Counted from the first letter of the stretch, positions 1 through 10,576 are shown. The stretch: 64,000 nt of DNA from a bacterium (GCA_021779915.1 JAJXZR010000015.1:4521-68520); one strand, 5' to 3'. Translations and numbers: made by a program. The notes: generated by a model not told the origin, from the letters alone.

Positions 1-1
1 A

Positions 2-1141
2 GATTATCGGAGTGTTCCTCAAATGGTTTCGCGGATTTGTGGAACTTGTTCTATAGCCCATCTCACAGCTTGCATCGAAGCAGTAGAGAAAACTCTGGGA
101 ATCAAACCGAGTGAACAAACCATGCTCCTGCGAAAGCTCACCATGTACAGTCTGATGATTCGCGACCACGCTCTACATCTTTATTTTTTCGTTCTGCCGG
201 ATATACTCGGAATAGACTCGATTTTAGACGTTCCGGAAGACAAAAAATACCTCATTCACGAAGCGCTTCGCGTCAAAGAAGCGGGGAACAACCTTTCTAA
301 TTTGATCGCTGGACGAGCTGTTCATGCCCCTTTTGAACAAGTGGGAGGATTTTCCAAAGAAGTAGACACGACCAAAATATCTGCCATGATTGAAGAATTG
401 AAAAGCGTTCGCACTTATGTTCTCAACTTGATTGAGCTTATGGGTAATTGCATTTGGGAACTCAAAAGAAAAACCAATTTTGTAGCCATTGTCACTCCTG
501 ATTTTTCTTTCCTCGAAGGAAAAATTAAATCAGCAACCGGTGCTGAAATTGAAGAAAAAGATTATTGGAATCATCTTCACAATGTCGTCCTTCCTTATTC
601 GCAGGCTAGTGGTTTTGAATTTGAAGGGAAAGAATACATGGTTGGTGCTCTTGCAAGGCTCAATCTCAACAAAGAAAATCTCCACCCCAACACCAAAAGA
701 GATACGGAAAAATATCTAGCCCTTTTTCCATCCGAAAACGTCTACCGCAACAATCTCGCTCAAGCCATTGAAATCCTGCATTCTATCGATCACGCCATCG
801 AAATTCTTGAGACTAAAGAATTTAAAAAAGAGGAACCGGCAAAGCCAGAAAGACTGACTGGGGAAGGTGTAGGGGCAATCGAAGCTCCACGAGGAACCCT
901 TTATTATTGGCTAGGGATCAAAGAGGGAAAGATACAATACGCCAACCTCGTCATCCCTACTGCCCAAAATCTCATCAACATGAAAGAAGATATCAAAAAA
1001 ATCGTAGTGGACGCCTGCGCTCTCGAAATGAAAGAGGAAGAACTATCAGAGAAAATTCGACACGAGGTGGAAAAGCTCATTCGAGCCTATGATCCATGTA
1101 TGTCATGCGCGTCACACTTTCTCCGAGTTAATTGGAGATAG
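2..1141 (+). CDS. [NiFe] hydrogenase large (alpha) subunit, group 3b-like; 5' end lies outside the window
   Basis: L1 motif RICGTC and L2 motif DPCMSCASH followed by a short tail FLRVNWR; EAPRG motif; the frame is open from position 2. Confidence 0.9.
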   Translation, partial: DYRSVPQMVSRICGTCSIAHLTACIEAVEKTLGIKPSEQTMLLRKLTMYSLMIRDHALHLYFFVLPDILGIDSILDVPEDKKYLIHEALRVKEAGNNLSNLIAGRAVHAPFEQVGGFSKEVDTTKISAMIEELKSVRTYVLNLIELMGNCIWELKRKTNFVAIVTPDFSFLEGKIKSATGAEIEEKDYWNHLHNVVLPYSQASGFEFEGKEYMVGALARLNLNKENLHPNTKRDTEKYLALFPSENVYRNNLAQAIEILHSIDHAIEILETKEFKKEEPAKPERLTGEGVGAIEAPRGTLYYWLGIKEGKIQYANLVIPTAQNLINMKEDIKKIVVDACALEMKEEELSEKIRHEVEKLIRAYDPCMSCASHFLRVNWR

Positions 1142-1151
1142 AAAATAATCT

Positions 1152-1375
1152 GCATCATCCTCAGCGTGTCGAGCGGGTATCTAGTTAGATTCACTAATTA
1201 TTCTAATTGTACTAATTAACCTAGTTACTCTAAACAAAATCCCAAAAACCAATTCCCAAGATTTATTTTTTATTATTTGGTGCTTGGTGCTTTTTTAGGT
1301 TAATTAGTATAATTAGGTCAATTAGAATAATTTTCTATCCTCCTGGATCCCCGGTCGACACGCCGAGGATGACAC
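1152..1375. repeat. REP-doublet palindromic element, type A interior (left end degenerate)
   Basis: Right end CTGGATCCCCGGTCGACACGCCGAGGATGACAC; interior similar to 10632-10844, 35661-35883 and 46711-46929. Confidence 0.85.
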
Positions 1376-1470
1376 ACTACCAATCTTACTTTGTTTAAGA
1401 AATTATGAAATTTTGTAATTGAAAATTGTTTGTCGCCTAGTCGACCCGCCTCTGGAGGGAAAATTGAAAA

Positions 1471-1860
1471 TTAGAAATTGAAAATTTTATTTATTCCCTC
1501 CACTACCTCCTCAAACACCCTCTCTTCATCCCTCACTTCCATCGGAACTCCCACAATCACCACTTCCTCCAACTCTCCAATTTTGTGGAGTAATTTCAAA
1601 TTGAATCCCAAATCAAAATCATGAAGTGAGTGAATTCTATCAGTTTTAATCTGTAAAATATCTTTAATTAAGGTCACTTTTTCAATTCCTTCGACGGTAT
1701 CAATTATAAAAAGTTTTTTGTTTTCTGGTTTTAGATTCTCACTTGGATCGAAAATTTTAAATTCGATTTTTGGAAAAATCTTTTGAAGCCTCGGGACAAA
1801 TTTGATTGGCAGACTATCAAAAGGGAGGAGGGGATTGCCAAAAATATGGATGATGGACAT
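1471..1860 (-). CDS. Hydrogenase maturation protease-like protein (divergent HybD/HycI fold)
   Basis: GNPLLPFD, IIDT and SLHD segments resemble the A31 motifs; lies convergent to the hydrogenase gene. Confidence 0.6.
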   Translation of the reverse strand: MSIIHIFGNPLLPFDSLPIKFVPRLQKIFPKIEFKIFDPSENLKPENKKLFIIDTVEGIEKVTLIKDILQIKTDRIHSLHDFDLGFNLKLLHKIGELEEVVIVGVPMEVRDEERVFEEVVEGINKIFNF

Positions 1861-1938
1861 AATTTTTAATTTTATAATTTTGTAATTTTAAATAAATCTT
1901 AATTTTTAATTTAATTTTATAAACATTAAGACCACCTC

Positions 1939-2088
1939 GTGTCATCCCGGGCTTGACCCGGGATCCAGGAGGATAATACTAGTTTAACAAAACGTTATTT
2001 TATCTAGTTTTAACAATACACATTAAAAGAACATTCTTTCAGTCTAACACTGTTTTCCTGGATCCCGGCTCAGGGGCCGGGATGACAC
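1939..2088. repeat. REP-doublet palindromic element, type B interior
   Basis: GTGTCATCCCGGGCTTGACCCGGGATCCAG ... CTGGATCCCGGCTCAGGGGCCGGGATGACAC. Confidence 0.9.
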
Positions 2089-2154
2089 AAAATCACACTT
2101 TTCTTTTCTTAAAAAATTATCATAAAAGGGTGCTTTTTTGCACCCTTTCGGAAT

Positions 2155-2451
2155 TTATGCCATTTTTTGGCATTTTTTGCTTTTCGGACAAGAAAAACCA
2201 GCTTCTTTGTTAAGTCTTCCGACTTCCCTTATAATAAAATTAATACTTCCTCTTATCCTTTGCGGTTGTTGAAGAATAGGATTTTCGTGTTTAACAATTT
2301 TTTTCATGATAACCATTAGCAATTGTTTCTCTAATTGAGCCAACTCTTCCGGTGTGTCGCTGAAATTTAAAAAGAATTTATAGCCATCCTCTTCTCTGGC
2401 TATAAAACCTTCGAAAATTTTTTCTTCCAACGGTTTTTTCAAAGAACCCAT
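2155..2451 (-). CDS. Hypothetical protein
   Basis: 98-aa ORF with AAGGAG SD; hairpin AAAGGGTGC..GCACCCTTT at about 2125-2148 downstream. Confidence 0.6.
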   Translation of the reverse strand: MGSLKKPLEEKIFEGFIAREEDGYKFFLNFSDTPEELAQLEKQLLMVIMKKIVKHENPILQQPQRIRGSINFIIREVGRLNKEAGFSCPKSKKCQKMA

Positions 2452-2474
2452 TTATATTCTCCTTTTTTAAAGTA

Positions 2475-2693
2475 CTAGGCTTCGATAATTTTTGTTCTCG
2501 ATTTAATACCCGAAATAATTTTTAACTCAGATTTGGGTTTTTGTAAATATTTAGAAACAAGTTCCAATACTTCGGCGTTGGCTTTTCCATCAACCGGCAA
2601 ACTATGCACAGAAACAATCAAGTTGCCTTCACCGAATTTCTCCACTCTTTGCCGACTCTGTTTAACTTTAACTTTAACAAAATATTTCATCAT
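2475..2693 (-). CDS. DUF167/YggU family protein
   Basis: PVDGKANAEVLELVSKYL...IISGIKSRTK pattern. Confidence 0.8.
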   Translation of the reverse strand: MMKYFVKVKVKQSRQRVEKFGEGNLIVSVHSLPVDGKANAEVLELVSKYLQKPKSELKIISGIKSRTKIIEA

Positions 2694-2698
2694 AACTT

Positions 2699-3355
2699 TT
2701 AGTTCTGAACAGGGAAATCAGGCTTAGGCATCACCTCTGCGTCTGAAGGAATATTATTACCGCGATCAGTTGAATTGCTGTTAAAATTAGGTTTATTCAT
2801 CACTCCCTCTACGGGCTGGCCAGTCACTCCTTTGTCGGTCGCCCCGATAATTGAAACAGTTGTTTGACTGGGATTATCACCGCTTTTGTCTGTTCCGATA
2901 GTTATCATTAAATTCCTTTTTTCTTTGGAAAACTTCAGGATTTTACCTGCATCTCCCAAATCCATTTCTTCGTCTTTTTTCCAGCCTTGACTAACCATAC
3001 CTTCTTTATATTTCGTCAAGGTTTCATCTATATTTTTACCAGTTCCATAAATAACCGAGAAATCGTTCTCACCCGAAGAAGCCACAAAAATCACTTTAGC
3101 ATCATCGAAAACAATAATGTCTTTGGGAAAATTGTCTGGGATCTTAGAATTTCCCATCGACAAAGAATTGCCATTTTCGTCTTTGATTGTCATTGCTTTA
3201 TTGTCAGTGTCAATTTTAACTTTCCCACCCGTTTGCGATTCAATGGTTTTTTCTATAATTTTCCCTCCCAACTGGTCTGTTAAAGAGCATCCTGATAGAA
3301 ACAACATTACACCCAAAACTCCTGCACTCAAAAACACTTTTTTTGTTTTATCCAT
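2699..3355 (-). CDS. Putative lipoprotein
   Basis: Lipobox LSGC after a hydrophobic stretch. Confidence 0.7.
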   Translation of the reverse strand: MDKTKKVFLSAGVLGVMLFLSGCSLTDQLGGKIIEKTIESQTGGKVKIDTDNKAMTIKDENGNSLSMGNSKIPDNFPKDIIVFDDAKVIFVASSGENDFSVIYGTGKNIDETLTKYKEGMVSQGWKKDEEMDLGDAGKILKFSKEKRNLMITIGTDKSGDNPSQTTVSIIGATDKGVTGQPVEGVMNKPNFNSNSTDRGNNIPSDAEVMPKPDFPVQN

Positions 3356-3506
3356 TGGTTGTTGTTAATTATAAATCTGCCATTATTTTACTATCCTGAA
3401 ATAAATAAGCATAATTAGCACGACAAAAAATAAAAGCTGAATACAAAAGCAATCAATGGACGTAAAGAATACATAGACAATCATTCTTTAGGAAAATAAA
3501 ATTTAA

Positions 3507-4295
3507 ATGAATCACATTATAAAAAAATTATTCCTCATCATTCTGGCTTTCTTCGCTTTTTACACGATTCCCCATTGTTTTGCCGAAACTTCTTTCGCTT
3601 TGATCAGTGACATCCATGCTGGAAGAGAAAAAGCATACGTAACGCCTAGAAACAAAGTTAAAATCTATCCTTCAAAAGCTTTTGGCAAATTTCGGTCTGC
3701 CCTCAAAGAAATAGAGAGCCGAGGAATTAAAAACGTCATAATTTTAGGAGACTTGATCGAGAAGAAGAAAAGAGATGTAGCTTTTGCCTTAAAACTTAAG
3801 TCTGAGGTCAGTAAACATAATTTGGAGATGATTTGGGTCACTGGTAATCACGATTTAAACATTCCCTCAAACGGGAGCCCAAAATATTTCTACCAAGACA
3901 TAGATAACTACAGGGTTATAGTTCTTAATAATAATGAATTGGGCAATCCCAACGTAACGGGAGGCATTAGTGATGAGCAATACAACTGGCTTCTCGAAAC
4001 AATCAAAACAGACAAAAAAATTATTCTGGCGGGGCATCATCCGATTTTCGATTATAAAACGAGAATGTTGCTTCCTAATTATGAAAGACTTAAACAAATT
4101 ATTGACAGCAATCTTAATATTGTCGCCTATCTTTCCGGTCACTGGCATGAATCATACATCACTTGGGATAATGGAAAAGAATATCACGTTGTACCGCCTC
4201 TTACCAGTAAAGGCTACGAACTTTGGAGTCCAGAAGGAACACAACCCGCACCCACTAACCCCATTTTTTCCACTACTTCTGTTTCTGTCTTTTAA
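3507..4295 (+). CDS. Secreted calcineurin-like metallophosphoesterase
   Basis: SDIH, LGDL, GNHD, HHP and GHWH motifs; signal peptide. Confidence 0.85.
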   Translation: MNHIIKKLFLIILAFFAFYTIPHCFAETSFALISDIHAGREKAYVTPRNKVKIYPSKAFGKFRSALKEIESRGIKNVIILGDLIEKKKRDVAFALKLKSEVSKHNLEMIWVTGNHDLNIPSNGSPKYFYQDIDNYRVIVLNNNELGNPNVTGGISDEQYNWLLETIKTDKKIILAGHHPIFDYKTRMLLPNYERLKQIIDSNLNIVAYLSGHWHESYITWDNGKEYHVVPPLTSKGYELWSPEGTQPAPTNPIFSTTSVSVF

Positions 4296-4390
4296 ATGAG
4301 TTATTTTCCCTCTCTGGATAATTTTGATTTATTCTTTAAACCGCCTTAGACTAAAGAAACAAAGGAAATAAAAAATAAATACCATTTTTA

Positions 4391-4639
4391 ATGGAAGATA
4401 ATAAGGAAGTTGACGTAACTCCCGAACCTTCTCAAATAAGTCTTGCTGAGGAAGCTTGTAAACTTGTTTATTTGAATTTTGGGAGGGAGGCCTCTCAACT
4501 GTATCAGGGGGGGTTTAAAGAAAAGGCCGAAAAAGAAATGCTTCAATCTTTGGAAGATTCTTTGAAAGAGCTGGTTGGACCGGAGCATACCGAGGAACAA
4601 ATGAAACATTTATGGGGAAAATACGAGAAAGACAACTAA
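4391..4639 (+). CDS. Hypothetical acidic protein
   Basis: 82-aa ORF filling an intergenic gap. Confidence 0.5.
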   Translation: MEDNKEVDVTPEPSQISLAEEACKLVYLNFGREASQLYQGGFKEKAEKEMLQSLEDSLKELVGPEHTEEQMKHLWGKYEKDN

Positions 4640-4710
4640 AACAAGTGAACAACGAGAATTACCTTTTAGATATAAGTTTAGGTATAATTTAGTAGTTATA
4701 ATACAAAAAA

Positions 4711-5502
4711 ATGAAAAAAAAATTACCCTTAATATTACTACTAATATTCCTGGGTGCGGTTTATGCCACTTATTTGATTTATCAAGATTACGGAAGCCTT
4801 GTGGTGCACCTATGGAATCTTGTGCCCCCCCTTATAGCTTCGTTATCAGCATTTTATGCCATCCGCATCTATGGTAGGGGCAACCCTCACGCAAAAGCCT
4901 TGTCTCTTCTTTCTTTGGGAATCTTTTTTTGGTTTCTAGGAGAATTTATCTGGTTTATCTTAGAATTCTTTTTCCATTCCTATCCTTTTCCTTCGATTGC
5001 AGACTTTTTTTATCTCCTTGCTTATCCAGTTTTACTCGCAGGATTAATTGTAGAATTTAAAAACAACAAAATAAAGTGGACTCCTCTGCGATTAACTGTT
5101 TGCGTTTCTAAATGTATCGTTTTTGCCTTACTTGTTATATATTTTGGCATCATAAAGACCTATGATCCCGGAGAAGCTTTGACAAGCAATCTCATCGCTA
5201 TGTCTTATGGGGTAGGGGATTTAGTTCTAATCATACTTTCTTCATTAATTCTGATGATCGCCCTCAACTATCAAAAGGGGAGGCTTTTTGTCCCTTGGGC
5301 CTTAGTTTTCAGCGGTTTTGTTCTCATCCTTATTTCTGACATCCTCTTTGCCATGTATCAAGAAGCCTACGAAAATCTTCTCAGCTATGCCAGAAATATA
5401 GACCTAGGTTGGATTACTGGATTTTCACTATTAGCTCTGGGTTTTTATAAAATTGGGGAATCAATTGAAGACACTAAGAAAAAACTACTGGGAATAAAAT
5501 AA
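4711..5502 (+). CDS. Polytopic membrane protein resembling stand-alone sensor membrane domains
   Basis: About 8 hydrophobic helices; PFPSIADFFYLLAYP motif typical of membrane sensor N-termini. Confidence 0.6.
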   Translation: MKKKLPLILLLIFLGAVYATYLIYQDYGSLVVHLWNLVPPLIASLSAFYAIRIYGRGNPHAKALSLLSLGIFFWFLGEFIWFILEFFFHSYPFPSIADFFYLLAYPVLLAGLIVEFKNNKIKWTPLRLTVCVSKCIVFALLVIYFGIIKTYDPGEALTSNLIAMSYGVGDLVLIILSSLILMIALNYQKGRLFVPWALVFSGFVLILISDILFAMYQEAYENLLSYARNIDLGWITGFSLLALGFYKIGESIEDTKKKLLGIK

Positions 5503-5666
5503 GACGAGAAAATAGAATAATTAAGATTATTAATTAAATATAGACTTGGACTAGATACCTGGGTTTTTTGACTAACTTTAAAGTCTTTTTTGTTTGTTTT
5601 TTTGTTTGAGTTAATAAAAAGATCTGTTTACATAAATTGTATTTATTATTTGTAATAGAATGAACA

Positions 5667-6839
5667 ATGAATAAGAGGAAAAAAAGAAAATGGCACAAAA
5701 ATTTTTTGAAATATATGCACCTTATAATCGAACACCCCAATTATTCCAATATGCCTGAAATTTATAAAAAAAACGGGGATATAAGATGGATTACTCCTGG
5801 GAAAAGTGCAATCGGTCAAAAAAGACTTTCTTGGTGGGATGAAAAACGCAAAGAATTAAAAATAAAAAAAGAGGAGGCTTGGATATCAAAAGTTGCCAGA
5901 GCTATTCACCCAACGGGTAAAAAACCTTGTCAGATTTGCGGTAAAGAAATGAGTTTGGATTATATTTACCCAAATAAAAGGAACGGGTTCAGCCCAGGAG
6001 CGATGAGTAATGCACCGGATCGGTTTGACGGTTACCACAGTTACAATTTATGTTGCAGAAGTGCTCATGATACTGGAAGACACAAAGCTAACCTAAACCG
6101 CTATGGAGAAGACAGGCGCGCATATGAAAATTGGTCAGACGGAGATTGGAAAGCTGCAAGTTGGCTTATGAAGGTCTTTAACAAACATGGCTTAAGTCCT
6201 GATCATATTGGGCCCATATCTTTGGGTTTTTCTCATAATCCAAACTTTAATCCACTAACTCCAGCAAAAAATTCTGCAAAAAACAATAGAATGACACTTT
6301 CTGACGTGAAAATGCTTATTTCTTTAGAAAAGGAGGGGAAAAGTGTAGTTTCCTGGCATTCAAAGTATATTTGGGACATCTTAAAAAATAAAATTAAAAC
6401 CAATGCTGACGCACTAAAGCTCAGTAAAATAATGCGTAAAAATATGCATCAAGTTTTACTGGTCTTATCCGAAATTTCAAGGCAAAGGTATAATAAATTT
6501 TTAGTAAATAATTTTTTACATCCTGAATATGCTTTTTATTCTATAGAATTTAAAAAATTTAATCCCAAAACCGGTTCTTATGGGGAAATGATAAAAACAC
6601 CTGGAAAAAAGAAACAGTACGAAAATAATGCAAAGAGGTATATCAAAATTTCCCTTGAATCATTGAAGGCATACAGAAAAGTGAAAAATCGCAACACGCA
6701 AATTATTAAATCAAAAAAAATTCAAGATATGTTAGATAAAACGATATTGTTGTTGAAAGACAAAAAAACCGATAAAGCCAAATCAAGCCTTAATAAAATT
6801 TGTTCGGAGCTAGCTAATTCATTAGCTAGGGATTTTTAA
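5667..6839 (+). CDS. Type IIS restriction endonuclease, Alw26I/Eco31I/Esp3I family (HNH)
   Basis: HPNY, IHPTGKKPCQICG, SPGAMSNAPDRFDGYHSYNLCCR, DRRAYENWSDG, PDHIGPISLGF, NSAKNNRM; convergent with two MTases. Confidence 0.85.
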   Translation: MNKRKKRKWHKNFLKYMHLIIEHPNYSNMPEIYKKNGDIRWITPGKSAIGQKRLSWWDEKRKELKIKKEEAWISKVARAIHPTGKKPCQICGKEMSLDYIYPNKRNGFSPGAMSNAPDRFDGYHSYNLCCRSAHDTGRHKANLNRYGEDRRAYENWSDGDWKAASWLMKVFNKHGLSPDHIGPISLGFSHNPNFNPLTPAKNSAKNNRMTLSDVKMLISLEKEGKSVVSWHSKYIWDILKNKIKTNADALKLSKIMRKNMHQVLLVLSEISRQRYNKFLVNNFLHPEYAFYSIEFKKFNPKTGSYGEMIKTPGKKKQYENNAKRYIKISLESLKAYRKVKNRNTQIIKSKKIQDMLDKTILLLKDKKTDKAKSSLNKICSELANSLARDF

Positions 6840-7956
6840 ATAAAATTGTTTCATATTTTTTTGGTGAAATTTTTCCAGCAATAAATTCTTGGTATAGGCT
6901 TTTTGATTTTATCTCTTTTTTTAGTGTGTTTTCACCCCCATTGACTTTTATGGATGGGAGATTTTCTATTGCATCTTTAACTGAAATATATTTATTTTCG
7001 TTGATAATTACTTCCTGCGGATAGCATGCTCTGGGATCTCCTCTTAAGACTCCTATTATAACAACTCTCTTCCTTTTTTGAGGAACCCCAAACTTGACTG
7101 CAAACATTTTTTTTCCCTCTATTTTATATCCGAGGTTTGAAAAACTTTCTTTTACACTATTAAAAGTTTTTCCATTATTACTTGTTAAAATACCTTCGAC
7201 ATTTTCAACTAAAATTACCTTCGGCTTTATTTTCCTTACTATTTCAACAAATTCTTTAAACAAAAAATTCCTAGGATCATCCACCAACCGCTTTCCAGCA
7301 TAGGAAAATCCCTGGCAGGGAGGACCTCCAACTATAATATCTATTTTTTTGTTTTTTATACTTTCATAAAGCTTTTCTTTGATGTCTTTTTTTGTAATAT
7401 CTCCTTCGATAAGCACTGTATTTTTGTGGTTGTTTTTATACGTTTCACATGCTGATTTAAAATTATCATTAGCAACAATAATTTTGTAACCAGCCCACTC
7501 AAAGCCCTTGCTTAAACCACCTGAACCACAAAAAAGATCGAGAACATTTTTCGTGTTAGTATATTTCTTAATTTGTTTCGCAATAAAATAAGCAAGCAAG
7601 GGTGGAACGGCGTTTCCAATTTGTTTACAAAGTGAGGTTTTTGAGCCATAGAAAATATAATCATCTGGGAATGACTGTAATCTGGCCGCCTCTCGAGCAC
7701 TTATAACCCTGTCGTCTTTTGGATGAATATACGCCCCATTTCCAGGTCTATTAAAATAGGTTGTTATTGTATAACTTGGTTTATTCCAACTTAATCGTCC
7801 ATACAGAGTTGTTCTTCCACCAGTTCTTCTTATTTGTTCAAGTCTTTTTGATGGAACATTTAAGGGAATGTTTTTCCAGTTTCCACCTTCTGGAATTGCT
7901 ACAACCATCTTTAAGTCATTTTCACTGAGTGGATAAGTTACATGATTATAAAGCAT
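6826..7956 (-). CDS. DNA cytosine-C5 methyltransferase, circularly permuted
   Basis: Motifs IX-X (REAARLQSFPD, QIGNAVPP) precede motif I (DLFCGSGG), IV (GGPPCQGFS), VI (ENV) and VIII (QKRKR). Confidence 0.92.
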   Translation of the reverse strand: MLYNHVTYPLSENDLKMVVAIPEGGNWKNIPLNVPSKRLEQIRRTGGRTTLYGRLSWNKPSYTITTYFNRPGNGAYIHPKDDRVISAREAARLQSFPDDYIFYGSKTSLCKQIGNAVPPLLAYFIAKQIKKYTNTKNVLDLFCGSGGLSKGFEWAGYKIIVANDNFKSACETYKNNHKNTVLIEGDITKKDIKEKLYESIKNKKIDIIVGGPPCQGFSYAGKRLVDDPRNFLFKEFVEIVRKIKPKVILVENVEGILTSNNGKTFNSVKESFSNLGYKIEGKKMFAVKFGVPQKRKRVVIIGVLRGDPRACYPQEVIINENKYISVKDAIENLPSIKVNGGENTLKKEIKSKSLYQEFIAGKISPKKYETILFKNP

Positions 7957-9811
7957 AATTCAAACTTTTATTTATAGTGCTTATCAAATTTTCCTCCTTA
8001 TATCTGCTTAGAATAAACCTTATTTCGTCTTTCTTTAAGCGATATAATTTAAAAATTTCAAGATTTAGTCTGGCGACATCATTATCGTTTTTACTTTTTC
8101 TGATTTTATCAACCAGATTTTCAATTTTAATTTTTTGATTTTCATTTGGAATAGCAATTGGTAACTCAGCGATTTCGTAATTGCTTATGTGATTGTTTGA
8201 GTTAGTTATTTTGAATCTCCAATCTAAAAGCAACGAGTTTAAAACTCCCAACATATAATCAAGGGAAATATTTTTGTTCTTAAAAAGGCTTTCTCTTTTG
8301 CAAATATAATTACAAGAATTTCCAAGTATTACATTTGCAGGAATTATCGCAAATTTTAGCCTTTTATTCCCATGAATGTTTGAAACTTGTTGACATACCA
8401 ACCGATCTTTAAACAAATGTTCTTTTTTGCCATTTAGCTTAAAAAGAAAATTTTCATCTACATACAGCCTTCCAAATTCAAAATTAAATTCAGCTATATT
8501 GATTCCTCTTAGTAAAGGATAATTAGTTTTTTGTTCAGTGATGAATGACTTGTCTAAAGTTAAGTCTAATTCCCCACGAAGATTATGAATATCTGTAAAA
8601 GATTTTACTTTTGGACAGCTATTTATCTTTTCAAGCACACTCACTCCTTTTTCATTTTCAATAATTATGGGTACTGACTCAGAAATTGCTTTTATTGTCT
8701 TTATTTTTATTTTTACACTTGTTTTCTCAAAATCCATAGCATTTATAACCTCCGGATTTATTTCTAAAATCGTACCTTTATGATTTTTATTTAAAGAGAA
8801 AAAACAAAAGGCTTGGGAAATATCTGGAAAAAATTCATTTTTTTCCGGAATTATATAAATTTTTGAAAAAGAATAATTTTCTATTATTCTTTTTCTTAAT
8901 TTTTCACCTTGACGATCGTTTAATAGCGTTATTGGTATAATTAGACCTATTTTACTATTTTTGTTTGTATAGTTTTCAATTATTTCTTCTACAAATATTT
9001 TATAGTAATTTAAAGTTCCTTCGTTATACTTATAAATATTATTTCGTTTAATAAAATCTATGAGATCTTTAATATTAATTAAACTATTTTCTTTGTTTTT
9101 TAGATATTTATTTGAATTTTCCTTTAACAATTTATAAGGTGGATTTGTTAAAACCATATCAAATCCATCTTCTACATTGAATATTTTTTTTGGATCATTT
9201 TTGTTTATTTTACCATTACTAAAACCAAAAAGAATATCGCCTGAATAAAAATTTTTTTCACTGTTCGTTACTTTAATTCTATATTTGGAGCTTACATATA
9301 GCGGAATAATTTTTTTTAACAAGATTATGGCATCATGGTCTATATCGGCACAAAAAATATTATTGACAACTTTTTGTGCTTTATCTCTATTCAAATCAGA
9401 TAAATTGTTGAAAATATAATCAATAAAAGATAGAACAAATATCCCTATTCCAACGCAAGGTTCTAAAAATTTTATATCTAAAAGATTTTTTTCTTTAATA
9501 AATTTAAAAGCTTCTTTTGTGATCTGTTTAGCGATTTCATAATCAGTGTAGTATATGCCAAAATGCTTTCTTTCGTCTGTTTTAAACATTTTTTTATTTT
9601 CTTTTTCTTTTTGATGAATCAACCCGATAAGCTGAACAACAGAAATTAAATCAATTTCATTTTTATTTATCAAATTTTTATACAAAAAGTCATCAATAAC
9701 ACTTTTGATTTGGGGCTCATCGCTCATAAAACTCAAAAGTTTGTAGGTAAGATCCTCTTTGTTTCTATATTTAACACATATAGTATTGTATATTTGAAAA
9801 ATTTTTTTCAT
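7946..9811 (-). CDS. DNA adenine-N6 methyltransferase (gamma class) of the type IIS system
   Basis: GIYYT, LEPCVGIG and TNPPY motifs; TaqI-C-like C-terminus (LGVLNS). Confidence 0.9.
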   Translation of the reverse strand: MKKIFQIYNTICVKYRNKEDLTYKLLSFMSDEPQIKSVIDDFLYKNLINKNEIDLISVVQLIGLIHQKEKENKKMFKTDERKHFGIYYTDYEIAKQITKEAFKFIKEKNLLDIKFLEPCVGIGIFVLSFIDYIFNNLSDLNRDKAQKVVNNIFCADIDHDAIILLKKIIPLYVSSKYRIKVTNSEKNFYSGDILFGFSNGKINKNDPKKIFNVEDGFDMVLTNPPYKLLKENSNKYLKNKENSLINIKDLIDFIKRNNIYKYNEGTLNYYKIFVEEIIENYTNKNSKIGLIIPITLLNDRQGEKLRKRIIENYSFSKIYIIPEKNEFFPDISQAFCFFSLNKNHKGTILEINPEVINAMDFEKTSVKIKIKTIKAISESVPIIIENEKGVSVLEKINSCPKVKSFTDIHNLRGELDLTLDKSFITEQKTNYPLLRGINIAEFNFEFGRLYVDENFLFKLNGKKEHLFKDRLVCQQVSNIHGNKRLKFAIIPANVILGNSCNYICKRESLFKNKNISLDYMLGVLNSLLLDWRFKITNSNNHISNYEIAELPIAIPNENQKIKIENLVDKIRKSKNDNDVARLNLEIFKLYRLKKDEIRFILSRYKEENLISTINKSLNYAL

Positions 9812-9895
9812 AGTATTTTAGATTATACCCTAATACTTTAATATTACCTGATACTATAGACACTCAAAGTATTCATTGTTTACTACTTCGTTTGA

Positions 9896-10576
9896 TCAAG
9901 CATAAGAAAACTTCAATGTTGCCGGCGTTTTGAGAACATCAATTACTTTACCGTTTACAATAAAGTTGTCTTCTGGGGTGAGATAAATTGGTTTGTGGTT
10001 CGAGTCAGTTGATTCAGGGAAAAGACCAATAGTGTTGGCGTCTATTCGAATAAATGTTTTAATAGCTACCAATCCGTCGACCGTCGCTAGCACCTTGTCA
10101 CCGTTTCTGAAATCTTTATATTCTGAGTCTATGAGGACAAAATCTCCGCTTTCAATATTTTTCCCGCGAACAATTGCTTTGTCCATTGAAGTCCCTGAAA
10201 CTTCTATTGCAAAAATTCCATCAGAAATTCTTTTAGTAAAAAGCCTTTTGGAAATTTTGAGAAATCCTTCAATGTTCTCCTGAGCAAAAAAAGACGGGCT
10301 CCCGGCGCTAGCCGTTCCCAGAATTGGAATATTAGTAAATTGTTTTTTTGACTCCTTACAAAATTTTATTTCCTTGTTTTCCGGGTCTCTCTCGATAAAT
10401 CCTTTTTCTTTCAAATTTTTGAGATATAAGAAAATACTTCCCAAACTTTTAACTTTTAACCCTTTTTTCACCGCTTCTTTCTGAATTTCCCTCACTGTTG
10501 GCATTTTGCCATTTTTCTGAAACAGTTCCTTAACCGCCCCCAGCACAATTTCTTCTTTTTTGGTTAGTAGGTTCAT
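9896..10576 (-). CDS. lexA: LexA-like repressor (winged HTH + S24 peptidase)
   Basis: PTVREI HTH, ASAG cleavage site, GTSM catalytic Ser, AIKT Lys. Confidence 0.75.
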   Translation of the reverse strand: MNLLTKKEEIVLGAVKELFQKNGKMPTVREIQKEAVKKGLKVKSLGSIFLYLKNLKEKGFIERDPENKEIKFCKESKKQFTNIPILGTASAGSPSFFAQENIEGFLKISKRLFTKRISDGIFAIEVSGTSMDKAIVRGKNIESGDFVLIDSEYKDFRNGDKVLATVDGLVAIKTFIRIDANTIGLFPESTDSNHKPIYLTPEDNFIVNGKVIDVLKTPATLKFSYA

